Origin: the human T2T-CHM13v2.0 reference genome, Homo sapiens
Strand: one strand, 5' to 3'
Assembly (NCBI RefSeq): GCF_009914755.1
Contig: NC_060933.1
DNA length: 64,000 nt
The notes below the pieces were generated by a model. It did no database searches. It was given only the letters and a program-made list of their open reading frames with translations, and was not told the DNA's origin. Shown piece after piece: positions 41,846 through 55,437 of the stretch (positions are counted from its first letter, which is position 1; the number at the start of each line of letters is the position of its first letter). A program made the position numbers and the translations under genes.

Positions 41846-42244
41846 TGTGTTAGTCTCTTTATATTGCTATGAAGACATACCCAATGCTGGGTAATTTATT
41901 TATTATTTTTTAATAAAAGAGGTTTATCTTGGTTCGGGGTTCTGCAGACTGCACAGGAAGCAATGCTATCTGCTCTGGGTGAGGCCTCAAGAAGCTTACA
42001 ATCATGGCAGAAGGTGAAAGGGAGCCAGTGTGTCACATGGTCAGAGAGGGAGTAAGAGAGAGAAGGGGGCAGTCCCAGGCTGTTTCTAACAATCAGATCT
42101 CTATGAACTCACTGAGAAGAACTCACTCAAGTGGATTGTGCTAAACCAAGCTTGTCCAACCCACAGCTTGTGGGCTGAATGCAGGTCAGAACAGCTTTGA
42201 ATGTGGCCCAAATTTGTCAACTTTGTTAAAACAAAAGAGAGTTT

Positions 42245-42281
<37 letters not shown>

Positions 42282-42532
42282 TTTTTATTTTTATTTATTT
42301 ATGTATTTATTTATTTTAGCTCATCAGCTATTTTTAGTGTATTTTATGTGTGGCTCAAGAAAATTCTTCTTCCAATGCTGTCCAGGGAAGCCAAAAGTTG
42401 GACATTCCTGTGCTAAGCTATTCATAAGGCATCCACCCCATGATCCAATACCTCTCACTGGGCCCCACCTCCAACATTGGGGATCATATTTTAGCATGAG
42501 ATTTGGAGGGGACACACATCCAAACTATATCA
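41846..42532 (-). mobile_element. MSTA/MSTB solo LTR interrupted by MER30
   Basis: Termini tgtgttagtc...cacatccaaactatatca; gaagcttacaatcatggcagaaggtgaaagggagc. Confidence 0.88.
42147..42410. mobile_element. MER30 (hAT-Charlie) with an internal (TG)n expansion
   Basis: caagcttgtccaacc...cagggaagccaaaagttggacattcctg; 8-bp TSD tgctaaac (42139-42146) / tgctaagc (42411-42418). Confidence 0.88.
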
Positions 42533-43166
42533 GGGATATGTACCCATCATCGAGACAGGTTGTAGAGTATGCATACTTTCAAATGGGTCCTGTCATGTTA
42601 TTTTCTGAAATGGTTAAAACCATTTAATTTCCCATCCATTGCCCATAAAGGTTGTTTTCCTCATATCCTCATCACTCAATGTTATCTAGGATTCTTATAT
42701 TTTCTAAGCAAGTGGTGAAAATACAGATCTCATTTTATTTGTGTACATTTGCATTTGTCAGATTGTTAACAATGTATTGAATTTTTTGGCCCATTTTTCT
42801 ATTGAGTTTACTATCTTCTTTGTTCATCTGAATATCAATCATATTCACTTTGCCCTAAGCAGTGTCAACATTTTCTATTACTCTGTCATACATCTGATAA
42901 CTTTGTATGCCAACCTTTACTGAAATGAGCCTTTATGATTTTTATACATCTAGAGTTTATGTATTTAATTAAATTTATTGGTTTAGTATATATTTTATTA
43001 AACTGTAACAACAGTCCCAAATCTATGTTTTGCTGGGTTCATTCAGATTTAGAACTCAGATAACTTTTTGGAGGATAAATTCTTTTTATCATAATGAAGA
43101 ATGGCTATCATAATGCAATATGATTACTTCTGCCAATGTTTATTGTTTTATAGTCTACTTTGTTTC

Positions 43167-43635
43167 TGTGGTCAGGAGGACAAGACCTGAATGGCCTTGA
43201 CCAACTCAGCTTTCTGTACCTCCTAGTTCTCAGAATAACTTTAGAATGTTCCAAGAAGACAATATCCTGAGATGAGTAGAAACCGTCTGGGACAGTCTGG
43301 GCTCTGTCCTTGTTGTTCCTAGAACAGGATATTACTGCAGCCCTTAAACTCAGAGAGCCAAGGTGCACGTGGGGTGTGAAACCTAGGGCGGAGCACTCAG
43401 GGGTTCCTCAGCGCAGTACACAGTGGGGCATGTGCAGAGGAGACTCCACCAACCCTGGGCAACTTTTCTGACCTCAAGGGTCAGGCTTGCCATAGAACTT
43501 AACGGTTTTGCTGATTCTTCCTGCTCCTCTGTGAGTAATAAATTTGGTTTGTCTGACTTACTGTGCGATCATTCTTCTGTTCCTGGCAGCTTGGTTTATA
43601 TAAAAAACCTCCTACTAGACCTATGAATCTATGCA
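43167..43635 (+). mobile_element. ERVL-type solo LTR (LTR47/MER73-like)
   Basis: tg...ca ends, agaataactttagaatgt, aatatcctgagat, gtgagtaataaa polyA signal. Confidence 0.55.
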
Positions 43636-44342
43636 ATGTGGAAGTGTCATAGAGGTAAATAAGAAGCAACTTAACTGAGTTGAAAACTAACATACATAAC
43701 ATGGGGCCACTGCACCAAGGGGCAAAATGATCCTGCCAAAAAGTCCCATGTGACCATTCCAGACATACTGTGGAAGAAGGATGCTGAAACTCACAGAGAT
43801 CTGAAGATCTTACCCAAGCCAACAGGAGGCTAATAAAGCAAGAGAACTCCACTGTACTCTGATGTGAGAGTACAAGCTTCATCTCAGAGAATAGCAATGC
43901 AATGGCCCCAGCGATCAGACCAGAGAGACCCTGTGCCACAGAGAAAGCAGAGGTCTAGAGAACAGCATGAAGACAATAAGAGACTTCAGATTCACTTTCC
44001 CTTTGCCTTGAGGCCACAGAAAGCCCAAAGCATCTGAACATCTTCCTGGAGGCATTTAACTAAAAGAGAGCTATTGAAACTTGAAGAAAAATGTGAATCA
44101 AGAAGCTAAATTTAAAGATATGTTACTTTCTCCAACCCTCCCCCACCAATTAACCATAGGATGAGTCTAGTGAGATAAAGCATATCATTTATACAAAATA
44201 CAAAAGTTATATGTCCTTTATGTGGGCAGAAATATGTTCAAGCTTTACTCAATAAAGGTAACTTGTTTTACTACTAGAAATGGTAATTTTCACTTGGTCA
44301 TTACTTTATTTTATAATTATCTCTATTTAAATTAGTATCAGC

Positions 44343-44850
44343 TCACTCCTGGGTATCCACCTAGAGGAAAAGAAGTCATATGAAAAAGACACATGTATGC
44401 ACATTCATAGCAGCACAACTCACAGTTGCAAAAATGTGTAACAAGGTTAAATGTCTATCAGCCAATGAGTGGACAAAGAAAATGTGTTATAGATACACCA
44501 TGGAATACTACTCAGTCCTAAAAATGAATCAAATAATGACACTTGCAGCAACCTGGATGGAGTTAGAGATGATTATTGTAAGTGAAGTAACTCAGGAATA
44601 AAAAACAAATATTGTATGTTCTCACTTATAAGTGGGAGCTAAGCTATGAGAGAGTGAAGGCATAAGAATGATTTAATAGACTTTGGGGACTCAGAGGGAA
44701 GGTTAGGGGGGTGAGGGATAAAAGACTACACATTGGGTACAATGTACACTACTTGAGTAATGCGTACACCAAAATCTCAGAAATCACCACTAAATAACTT
44801 TTCCATGTAACCAAAAACCACCTGTTTCCCAAAAACTATTGCAATAAAGT
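44343..44850 (+). mobile_element. L1PB-type 3' end
   Basis: gaggaaaagaagtca.tatgaaaaagacac...gttctcacttataagtgggagctaagc...accaaaatctcagaaatcaccactaa...aataaa. Confidence 0.9.
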
Positions 44851-44859
44851 AATATATAT

Positions 44860-46050
44860 GAAAACAATCAACATGATAGTCTTGAAGTGCAACATTCACT
44901 GGGTTTCATATGGGAGAAAAACAGCTAAAATCAAACACATGGACAGGCAGTCAGAACAATGTCCATCATATACATAGTAAAATTAATACAAGGACAAACA
45001 TTCATGAGTGGAGTCCATTTGAATTAGCCTGTAGTGAAGACATGTGCCTTAGGGCACACATAACTCATGTTAGGGAGAAAATGTATAATTTTACTCAATG
45101 TGAAAACATCTTCAGAAATAACTCAGTCCATGCTGTCCAGATGCAGTTCTGTTCTGTAGAGATGAAGAATAAGAATCATCAAAGTGGAAAAACCTCTGTC
45201 CTGCTCCAAATTCTGGTCCACACAGGAGTAGTACTACTGGAGAGAAAAGCCATACATGTCCCAAATGAAGGAAAGCCTTTACGTTATCAGTCATTTCTTA
45301 TGAGACATATGAAACTTCACACTGGAGAGAAACCTTATGAATGTAACAAAAGTGAGAAAGGCTTTAGATATTCCCTACACCTTAATAAACATTTAAGAAA
45401 GAACATTCTGGAGAAGCCCTATGGATGTAAGGAATGTGGGAAAGCCTTCAGCAAGGCTCAAAACATGCACATATAAGGAGTCACACAGGAAGAAACCCTA
45501 TAAATGTGATAAATGTGAAAAAGACTTTGCAAAGTCACCAGAATTAAAAGCCATCTTAAGATTCACAATAGTGAGAAGCCCTGTGAGTGGCAGGGAAATC
45601 ATCATTAATTTTTCACCGTACTGAACATGTGAGGAGGACATACTGGAAGGGAGCTCAATGAGTTAACATGCATAAGAACATCTTTCCTGAACTCTCCTAT
45701 CTTACAGAAGTGTGAAAAGAAACCCTCTGAAGGTAAAGTCTATGGAAAGCCTTTCATCTTCATTCATCGTGAGTAGATATTTGTTCTCACACTGGAGAGA
45801 AGCTATGAAAGTAAGGAATATAAAAAAAGCCTCAGTGTTGTCTCAGACTCATAGTTCATACAAGAACTCACACAGCAGAGACTGCTTATGGAAGTAAAAA
45901 ATGCAGAAAATACCTCTTTAAACACTATCCCTCCTTTATACATGATTCCACACCCTGGAGGGAGACTACAATTGAATAAATATAAGAAAGCTTTCAGTTC
46001 CAGCTCTTCACTTATTGGGCATGAATGAGCACAGGGTAGGACTGAAGCAC
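44860..46050 (+). pseudogene. ZNF114P: ZNF114-like C2H2 zinc-finger pseudogene fragment (spacer plus fingers, no KRAB visible)
   Basis: LRAHITHVREKMYNFTQCEN.FRNNSVHAVQMQ, YQSFLMRHMKLHTGEKPYEC, FRYSLHLNKHLRK and KPYKCDKCEKDFAKS match recalled ZNF114. Frameshifted, with lost Cys/His residues. Confidence 0.85.
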
Positions 46051-46544
46051 AGTAAACGTTAACAATTATTGACTTTATCATTGTCTTATCCCTCAATTAG
46101 AACTCAAATTCATAATTTTGTAGTTTTTCCTTTCTTAAAAAATGGTACAAGATGACAGATATCTGTCTTAGCAACCTTTCCGCTCTGCCACATTAATGTT
46201 GCTATGTAGTAGCTTTGTTACAATTCATTTACATACACATGGTTTCATTTTCAGTGGGAAGCCCTTCTGAGCTCCATTCAATTTAGATTTAGAATTCGTA
46301 TGCTCCATGATACCTTTTTTGTCAGTTTGTTTTTCGTTGGTCACAATTTGACTGCATTATGGTCACATTATGTGGTTTTAATGGTACTGATTTGGGGTAC
46401 CTGTTATGACTTTCATTTTGGTCTAATGTGGCCAATGCTGTCCATTTCCCTGCTATATCCATTATTCTCATCTTCTTCACTAAGGGAACATAGATTCACT
46501 TTTTCCAAGGAGCACTGTTTAAATGTCTTTATTTATTTATTTAT

Positions 46545-46868
46545 GCATATTTTATTATTTTATAATTTTTTTTTTGAAAAATGGTCTCACTCTGTCTCCC
46601 AGGCTGGAGTGCAGTGGCATGATCAGAGCTCACTGCAGCCTTGAACTCCTGGGCTCATGTGATCTCCCAGCTCAGACTCCTGAGTAGGTAGGACTGCAGG
46701 CATAACAGGTGTGCACCGCCACACCCAGCTTTTGTTTTGTTTTGTTTTTGTAGAGACTGGGTCTCGTTATGTTGCCTGGACTGGTTTCAAATTCCTGTGC
46801 TCAAGTGATTCTCCCACCTTGGCCTCCCAAATTGCTGGAATTACAGGCATGAGCCACCATGCCTGGCC
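46545..46868 (-). mobile_element. AluJ
   Basis: gctcactgcagccttgaactcctgggctca...tgagccaccatgcctggcc. Confidence 0.92.
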
Positions 46869-47507
46869 CTGGTTAATGTCTTTAAATGAGTTTCCCAGTT
46901 TTTCTTGTAACTGTAGTGAGCGAATCTTATAGTCCTGGCCAATGTGAAATGCAGAATTCACTGCTTTGGATTTCTGAAAATCTGTTTGGAAAGGGGAGAG
47001 TTATTGTTCCTCTTTTTTGTTGACCAATTTCCCTTTGCTTTCTCTGCTTGCTCCTCTCTGGAAATAGGATGAAATGCCCTGAGTTGGGTTTAGCAACTTG
47101 AAGACCATTGGAAAGATTGTCCCTACAACAAAACCTTCAATCTACAGGATTTCTCCCTCCCCAATGGCATGTTGTGTATCCCTGGCTGCCGTGGACTATT
47201 TCTGGACTTGTTTCATGAAACTAACCCCTAGTAGAACTAAGAAACATTTTAGGAGAGAAGTTTACAACAGATTAAATGATAAACCTAAAAAATGAATAAA
47301 ACATATTATAAAAATAAAGAGGATAGACAAAACGGGCTTGCAGATGCTGACTGGCCACACTCATCCTTGGTGCTTGCCCCCATGGATGCCTCACTGACTG
47401 TGACACTTGGAGAGCTGGCAGCCATCACTCAAAAATCAGAACACAGTGGCCTCTACTGCAGCATCAGGGAACAAAAACTAAGCTTGTCAGCTCTCAAGAA
47501 ACATACT

Positions 47508-47509
<2 letters not shown>

Positions 47510-47560
<51 letters not shown>
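47510..47560. repeat. (TG)n(TA)n microsatellite
   Basis: Directly visible. Confidence 0.95.
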
Positions 47561-47833
47561 GACATAAATTTATTCAGGGACTTTGAGGTATCTCATGCTA
47601 AACAGATAAAATGAATTAAAACTAGTGCAAAGTTATGGCAACAGTACTCCCCATTATTTATGCAGGGCATTGAAAATTGGCACACATCACAGATCCTTAA
47701 GTCATTCTCTGAATCAGGAGGAGAAAAGAGAACAGAGAGAGCTCACTGTATGTGCCAGTCACTGGACTGAGTACTGCGCCTACAGGATCCCACTTGATGC
47801 TTGCAATAACCCTGCAAGATAAAGGTAAAAACT

Positions 47834-47942
47834 CACACACACACACACACACAAACTCACACACACACTCTCACGCATACATACACACACATACATACAC
47901 ACACATAAACTCACACATACACACGCATCCTCAAGCACACAC
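47834..47942. repeat. Imperfect (CA)n repeat
   Basis: Directly visible. Confidence 0.9.
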
Positions 47943-47992
47943 TAGAAACTACAGAACAAAAAAGCATTGACAACTAATAGAAGTATACTGCT

Positions 47993-48100
47993 GGCCAAAG
48001 TGGCTCATGCCTATAATCTTGGCACTTTAGGCCAGGAATTCAAGACAAGCCTGGGCAACATAGCAAGACACCATCTACACAAAACATTTTCTTAAATAAA
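47993..48100 (+). mobile_element. FLAM/AluJ left-monomer fragment
   Basis: ggcca..gtggctcatgcctataatc...ggccaggaattcaagacaagcctgggcaacatagcaagac. Confidence 0.8.
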
Positions 48101-49320
48101 CATCATTTTTAAAAAGAGGTATAATGCCTACAGGCTCAGGGAAGCAATACCCCTATGGCTGTATGGTAAGCAGCAGGCAAGGCTATTTTTCAGACCAAAG
48201 TGGTAGTGACTCCAGGGTTCCTTTGCACACTTAGCCAGGAGATTGGCTAGCTCAGCACTGCCTGGGTTCACTTTACCCTTCTACAGTTCTAAAGCTCTGG
48301 CAGGTGGGACCTAAGCATCACAGAAAGTGCTATTATGCAGGACTCTCTTGACTGCAAGTGACTGAAACCTAACTGGATCCAGCAGAACATTGAATTATTT
48401 GGCTTTACTTACTAAAAATGTACATGAGTAGATGGGCTTCTGTCTCAGTGGGATCAGGGGTCAACTAATATCAACCAAGGCTCATTCTGTCCCTTCATTT
48501 CCTATGTCAGCTCTGCTTTTCAGGCAGGCTGTTTTGAGAGAGCAGCAAAAATGGCCCCATAAAGTTCACATCACTTACTTCCTTACAAATAGATATGCCA
48601 ATAAAAAGAAAGCACCTCATTCCCAGCAGTTTCATCAAAAGTTCAGGGATGACTTCCATGAGCCCAGCTTGGATCACATGACCACTCCTGAATCAATTAC
48701 CCTGCTGATCTGATTGCCCAGGGTGGGTCAGCCTTCCCAAATCACATGGACTAGTATTGAAAGACAGGTCCTCCCATGAAAAAAAAAAAAAAAAAAAAAA
48801 AAAAAGGAAGGGTAGTGGCAGAGGAATATGAGTGGGGGGGGCCTCATCTCTATATAAAAAGTATGAGCGTATTTGTGCTCTTTTGTACATTCATTTGTAT
48901 AGTCACTGGGAAAAAAATGAGAAAAACCCAAACACGGCTTTCTATATGCCTCTGTGCTTTGTTTTCAACACTGAGCTGTGAGAAATCTAGTTACTAAAAT
49001 GAAACTTTGAAAAAATATAACAATTTGGGACAATGGGGACACTTAGCTGATGCAGCACAGGTGAACAGTTCTTCTTTTGTGCCCAAGAGGACACAATTCC
49101 CAGGAGGCTGCATGTGGTCTCCTAGGACAAGCCTGTGGGCACCCACTGGCTGCAGTTCCACCTTTCCTTCCCTGGACTCTCAGGAAGACATGAGTTCTGG
49201 ATTCAGCTGAACTGAGCTCAAGTTCAGGTTCTGTGACTCACTGGCTCTGTAATTCTGGGTAAGTCTCTTGCTCTCCTTGAGTCTCATATTCTCCTTGGTA
49301 AAATGGAGAGGTAGAGCTAT

Positions 49321-49711
49321 TGTTAGATTTTGAAGGCAAGGCAAGGGTTAAAGAAAGACACAGAAAGACAGTTGACGGCTTCAACAGCAACACCTTTATT
49401 ACTAGCAAAACCCTGCAGAGGAGGAAACCAGCTTACTGCCAGCACCAACTGCCTCTCACAGGCTGGGGTGATCATGGGACTGGGAAGGAGGGGTGTGGGC
49501 GGTAGAGCTTGCTGCCCGGCAGGATATGGCAAGGATGTTCCTGCAGTCAGGCTGTTGGGCCTTTGCCCGGGAGGGTGCGATAAGGATGTTTCTACAGTCA
49601 GGTGATCAGGAAGGATGCTTCTCACGGCCCGAGTTCCCAAGGAATGTTTCATTCTGACCAGGGTGTGCAAAACGGCTGCAGGTTTACAAAATGGTACAGG
49701 TTAGACTAACA
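49321..49711 (-). mobile_element. ERVL solo LTR (LTR18/LTR32-like), adjacent to a MIR fragment
   Basis: Terminal tgttag...ctaaca; the minus strand starts tgttagtctaacctgtaccattttgtaaacc...ccctggtcagaatgaaacattcc; AATAAA on the minus strand. Confidence 0.75.
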
Positions 49712-49997
49712 GCAACATCTCCCAGGTAGACAGTTCTATAAAGTAAACTTCCCTTGAGCACCTACACTGTACCAGACATGGTGCTAGGACCCAGGCCACA
49801 GGAGGAACAGGACAGATGAGGCCCCTGCCATCCTGGTGCTCATGCCTGATGAAGGAAGCTAACAGGTCGTAAGACCAGGTCACGTGGTGGTGGTAATGAA
49901 AGACATTACCAGCCACTTCGAGGTCCCTGCCAGAACCTGACTGCCACATTCCCCAAAGGGACCAGACTCCTCGGCACACTAGCTGAGGTTTCTATAG

Positions 49998-50447
<450 letters not shown>

Positions 50448-50519
50448 TACAAATTATGTTCTTAAAAGAAGCTGCTCAGTGCCATGCCTAACACAAGATG
50501 GAACTCCACGATGAGATAT

Positions 50520-51990
50520 GTGTGAAGACAGGGTGCCATGGTTACAAACAAGGACTCCAGGTGCAGACTGTTTGGTTCAAACCTGGACCAGCGGTATGAA
50601 TTTTTGCAACTCTCTGTATTGCTCTTTGCCTCAGTTCTTTCATATAACAACCAGAAGTAAAAACAAGGTTATTGTGAAAATTAAATGAATTAAAGTAAGT
50701 GGAGTGCCTACAACACCCCCAGGCACACGGTCAGCACTGAGCATGTTTTTCATTACTACTCTTAATGAGGTAAGAATGAGAAAACAGGCGCCAGCCATGA
50801 GCCTGGGGTTTATCTGGCAAAGGCATCAGAGACCCCACTTTTAACATCCTCCATTCATTCATTTGACCCTGATAAGGAAGGAGTCCCATGGGAGAGGAGC
50901 AAGCCTCCACCTTGGGGCCAGACATCTCATGATCAAAGTTGAACTCTACCACTGTTCAGCTGGGTGACTTTGGGCAAGTGACTTTCCCTCTCTGATCCTC
51001 ATGTTCCTTTTTGATAAAAACAGCAAAATGTCAGGCCTATGGGGATTCAAGGAGCCAAAAGAAAAATGTGTGTCTTAGTCTGAATTTCCTGGAAGTAGAT
51101 CCCGAGGCAAAGATTCAAATACAAAAATTTTGTTTGGAGATAACGCTAGGATATTAATTCGACTGCCAGTTCTTCCTTAGGGTGCTAATCCCAGGAAACA
51201 TCAGTGGAGGAGTGGGGAACTGAGACAGGAAAGGAATGCAGCAGTTAAAGGGACCTTCATCAAGAAAGTTTCCACTGTGGCAGCCAGGACTCAGCCCTGC
51301 CAGGTACCTCTGAGAGACAGCACAGAACATGTGCTTCAGAGTCATCATACCCAGAGCAAGGGACCAGGGGTATTTATCCACCAATACCCACCAGTCACTC
51401 CTCAGGGATCCTCCCAAGGGCATGATTCCTCCAGAATGTCCTGCCTGCGCTGCAAGGGTCAGACCTGGGGTTGAGGGCAGGACCCCTGACAGCGCTTCCA
51501 GCAATGAGCAGAACCACAGCCTGATGTGTACAGTTTCAGTCACCCAGTAACTCCAACACACACACACACACACACACACACATTCACACACCACACTCCA
51601 ACACCAACAAAGTATATACGTACATACACATACATGCATACATGACTGTTACCCACTTAGATCCTAGTGACTCCATGGGATAGACGATAAGGTGGGAATC
51701 AGAGGAAAGAGTAAAATTAAGGCGAGTGAAAGTCTTAAGAACAAAATGCAAATTTAGGCTGAAAATGAAGGGGGAGGAGGTGTGGTCTCGACACCAAATG
51801 CCTGCTGGGTGGCACATGCTCTACACACACTGTCACTAATTCTCCAAGCAGCCTCGTGGAGTAAAAGAAATTCCTCTCAATGTACAGATGACAGAAACAT
51901 AGTTCAGAAAAGAAAACTGATTTTACTAATGTCTCAGCAAGTTGGTGGGTGACATGGAGTCCCAGATCTTTCTGTCCACAAAGCCTACAA
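50520..51990. mobile_element. Cluster of MIR fragments, an old MLT1 LTR (~51070-51550) and a (CA)n tract (51556-51600)
   Basis: MIR cores (gctgggtgactttgggcaagtgacttt, gcctcagtt) and MLT-like tcttagtctgaatttcct. Confidence 0.6.
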
Positions 51991-52155
51991 ATTCTCCCTT
52001 GTTAGGCAGGCTGGGTACCAGGCCCTGCTTCTGGGCTCTGCTTCTTTTCCTGCTAGGCTAAAACAGCAGAACTGACAGAGACATCATCCCCCTTCTCCAC
52101 CTGGAGCAGAGCTAATGAGAGGGGCTGGGGAACAGCCATGAGGCCCAGCACCCAC

Positions 52156-53138
52156 CATTCAATGTCTTCAGAATTGCCGTCCCTCAGAACTCTTGCACCA
52201 CGAGGTGGCAGCACTCCCAGTGTCTGGGTGTCTTCTGAGGGGTACCAGGATCCAGTAGAGGCCACTGGCTGTGCTGTCATATCCTAAGTGGCAGCAAGGC
52301 AGGCTTGGGTCTCTTGGCTGCTTCAGCACCAGAGGTTGGACAGTGCCCATGCATTGAGTCCCTCAGGAGAATGGGACGGAAAGGAAGGGCAGAATGGAGT
52401 GATGTAGGGTCCACCCACCATGTCCCTGGATGGAGAGACCCCTGCTCCCACAGTAGTCCACACCAGGACCACGATTGGCACTCATGAAGATGCCAGCCTC
52501 CATGTATATGTCCTTGTCTGACAACTCCTCCTTATTTTCATCCTGGAGACAAGAACCCTGAACACAGTAGCTCTGAGGGCACCTGAGTGTAACCTGAGAC
52601 AGTCCCTGAAGACCTTTCATCCAAGCAGGATCCCTCCCTTGCCATCTCCAGACCTGCCCCACAAACTCCCTCCCTGGTCTCCTGGCTCTTGTTCACTCCT
52701 TCCAGGCAGCCTTCCACAGTCATCTCTAAAACATATATGACTGTCCCTCCTTTATCCAGCACCTTCCATGGCTCCCCAGAGCCCTCCAGGTCAAGTTCAA
52801 GTTCTTTGATCAGACACTAGATCTCAAGCTGCATTCTACCTCCTGAATTAAGATCCCGGAGAAGCCCACCTTGCTCAGCACAAACGCATCACTGAAGTCG
52901 AAAATCTTGAACGTGGCCTTGGCATTGAGGAAGTCATCAACACCCTGGCTAGTGAGGGTGCAGTGCCGCTCCAGGATGATGGTGTCTAAAGTTGTGCACC
53001 AGGTCGCAGGCCCTGCAGAAGCATCTCCCCTCAGGAGTGAGGTAGTACAGGAAGTCTGTGCACAGGCAGATCTGCTGGTGCTGTTACACTATGAGGGCAC
53101 TGAGCTCCAAGATGGTGGCAATATATTCACTGGGATTC
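52156..53138 (-). pseudogene. Unprocessed CYP4F pseudogene fragment, exons 7-9 only (CYP4F29P/30P/35P-type; exact paralog undetermined)
   Basis: Exon 52870-53138 (AG/GT intact): NPSEYIATILELSAL...DFLYYLTPEGRCFCRACDLVHNF/DTIILERHCTLTSQGVDDFLNAKATFKIFDFSDAFVLSK. Exon ~52484-52542: DENKEELSDKDIYMEAGIFM (donor lost). Exon 52156-52283: GYDSTASGLYWIL...EDIEW. Stops and frameshifts present. Confidence 0.92.
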
Positions 53139-53223
53139 CTGCACGGTGAGGTTGGAGAGAGGAAGCATCTCCATAACACATATGAAACCCTGGAAGCACT
53201 TCCCAGCCAGAAATTCAGGACCA

Positions 53224-55437
53224 CGTTATATGCAGATATGGGTGCCCTCTGAGCACACTTGTCTCTCTGTCTCCCACTCTGAGCTGCCTCCTGGCCCCAC
53301 ATGCCCCAGCCTGGCCCAGGGCTTAGCCCAGTGGGTGTTCAGTCCATGGTGTTGACTGCTCCCTGGGCCAGGAGAGCCCTTGGTGGCTCTGTGACTCCTC
53401 CTGTGGAACCCCTACCTCTGCCTTGGGACCTCCCAATTCCCATGGAAGCCCCCACAGCTCTGGATTGCCCCACCTGCCCTGTGATCCTCCAGCCCCATAG
53501 GCCTTACTCGATGCCTTAGCCCTCCCAGAACATGACACGTTTCTCTGAATGTGGCTGATGTCCAGGGCCATCTGTAGATGTTTGCTGGGGACCTCTTGCT
53601 GTTTTCCTTTATGGTCTGTAGGCCAGGGCCAAGAGGAGAAACCAGCCCAATCTCAGAATGGACAAAAGGCTCACTGCCCTAACAGCAACCACCAAACAGT
53701 CAGCAGTGCTTCTGGATGGAAAAGAGGTTTCATTCTGCAGAAAGCTCCTTGTTTGGCTTCTTTCTGAAGCCAGGAAGGGGTACCAAACCCAGCTTACCTG
53801 CGGTGCCTACGTTAGCATCTGTGCCTAGGATGCATGATGGGCTCCCACTGCAGGGTTGACATTCCCTCCAGCTGGAGACCTGGGCTCCTGACACCACCTG
53901 GCGTGTTTGTCCTGCTCTGGATGACGGTGGAAAGGCTGTATCTGGTATTTTCCTAGGTCCTTGGTTTTCACCTTCTAGACATCCAGCAGGAGTGACCATA
54001 CCCAGCCCCACACCTGAAATGGGACTCCCTTGTAGAGCACCTGAGACCTCTACAGACAGAAGAGTGCTCTGGTGAGACAGGCCACAGAGGTCCCCGGGGG
54101 GGGGGGGGGGGATCAGGGGCTGGAGGATTCTGGAGGTTTCCAGCCTTGGGCTCTGTGGTTCCTCAAAGAGTTTAGGTTTACCTAGGACTAGGCCTCCCCT
54201 CCCATGATTCAAAGAGTGGGTGAGTGCTATGCATCACGAACTCTGATCTGGACCTATTTTTTCATTTAGGTCACCAAGAGACAACCCCTAACCCCCAAGC
54301 TAGGGATGGTCCAAGCTCTGGCATGAGATTCTCTTCCAGCAATGTGATGCTTGCAGGGACAGGGAGAAAAGCCGGTGACCAGGCCTGCTGTCCCCCAGGT
54401 AAGGACAGTGTGCTACCCACCCTCTGAGAGGCAGGTGGTGCCAGCTCACTGCACTGGGTGCCTGTACCCCTGGCTCTGCAGACACCGGTCATGGAGGTCC
54501 TCCCCTCTCCACATTACCTTCTTGCTGCTCCCAGATTTCTTCTGGTCATTAAGCACTTTGAGCCATTTTTCTGTGCAGCCGATCTGATATTTTTGCTATC
54601 AGATGAAACATGACAAAGTAAGCCGAGCCACCAGGATTCCTGGAGGGAACCTTGGATGCTGCGTCTTGGGATCCAGAGCCCTGATGGGACTGAACCAGAA
54701 GGAGCCAGGGAAGGACAAACACTGGGGCTCAGGCCCTATGACCCAACGGCCATTGGTGGCCTGTCCTCATGGCCCCAAGACACCCTGTCCTCAGGCCACA
54801 GACACCATGGGCTTTGGTCAGGTCCCAGCCTCCCAGTAGTGCCCTGGCACTGGTGGGTGCTGACCTCCAAACCACAATAGCAGTTCTGGGTTATGGGTTT
54901 GGTAAAACCACCTCAGGGAGAATTCTGGGGTTGGGTTTGGCAGGAACCACGGGGCCTCCCAGGAATGATGTGTCACTCCTACTTGCCACAAAATGTGCAC
55001 AGAGGCTATCCCACTGACCAGCCCATCCTGCTGGACAGGATGGAGGAAATCAGGGAAAAAGCAGGGTGGACATCTGGGGTGCAGGGAGAGGCAGGTGCAT
55101 GCTGGGAGGTCAGACCCTGCGAGGGCTGTGGGGGCATCAGGTGGGGTGGGCTCCAGGTGCACCCTCAATGCACTGGGTGGGTCTCAGGCCAGGCTCCCTG
55201 GACCCTGGTTGGCTGATGTGGTCACTCCCTGGGGGACTGCTGTCAAGCCCTGGCCACCCACCCTGGGCAGCACCATTCCATCCCAAGACCGGATTTTCTG
55301 AGTCCTGAGACAGGACAGTGCTGTCCAGGCCTGACAGACTGGGAGGACCTGCCAAGTCCTCCATCCCTAGACCAGCCTCCCACACAGCAGGGACAGTCTC
55401 TTCCATTTACCTTCAGGGCACTGACTGATCCATGTCA
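53224..55437 (-). pseudogene. Five degenerate TBC1D3/TBC1D26/USP6-like Rab-GAP (TBC) N-terminal exons
   Basis: 55411-55437 micro-exon (TGACATGGA..GTCAGTGCCCTGAAG|gt); 54518-54595 QKYQIGCTEKWLKVLNDQKKSGSSKK (AG/GT); 53942-54049 RSQVLYKGVPFQVWGWVWSLLLDV*KVKTKDLGKYQ (108 nt, donor GT>AT); 53508-53615 TIKENSKRSPANI/QMALDISH/KRVMFWEG*GI (AG/GT); ~53224-53273 ...SAYN. Order, sizes and motifs match the recalled TBC1D3/26 exon series (40/81/108/110/49 nt). Confidence 0.82.

Noticed and set aside
44910-45476. 188-aa ORF as an intact zinc-finger gene
   Set aside because: Frameshifts, lost Cys/His ligands, no KRAB exons, and it directly abuts an L1 3' end.
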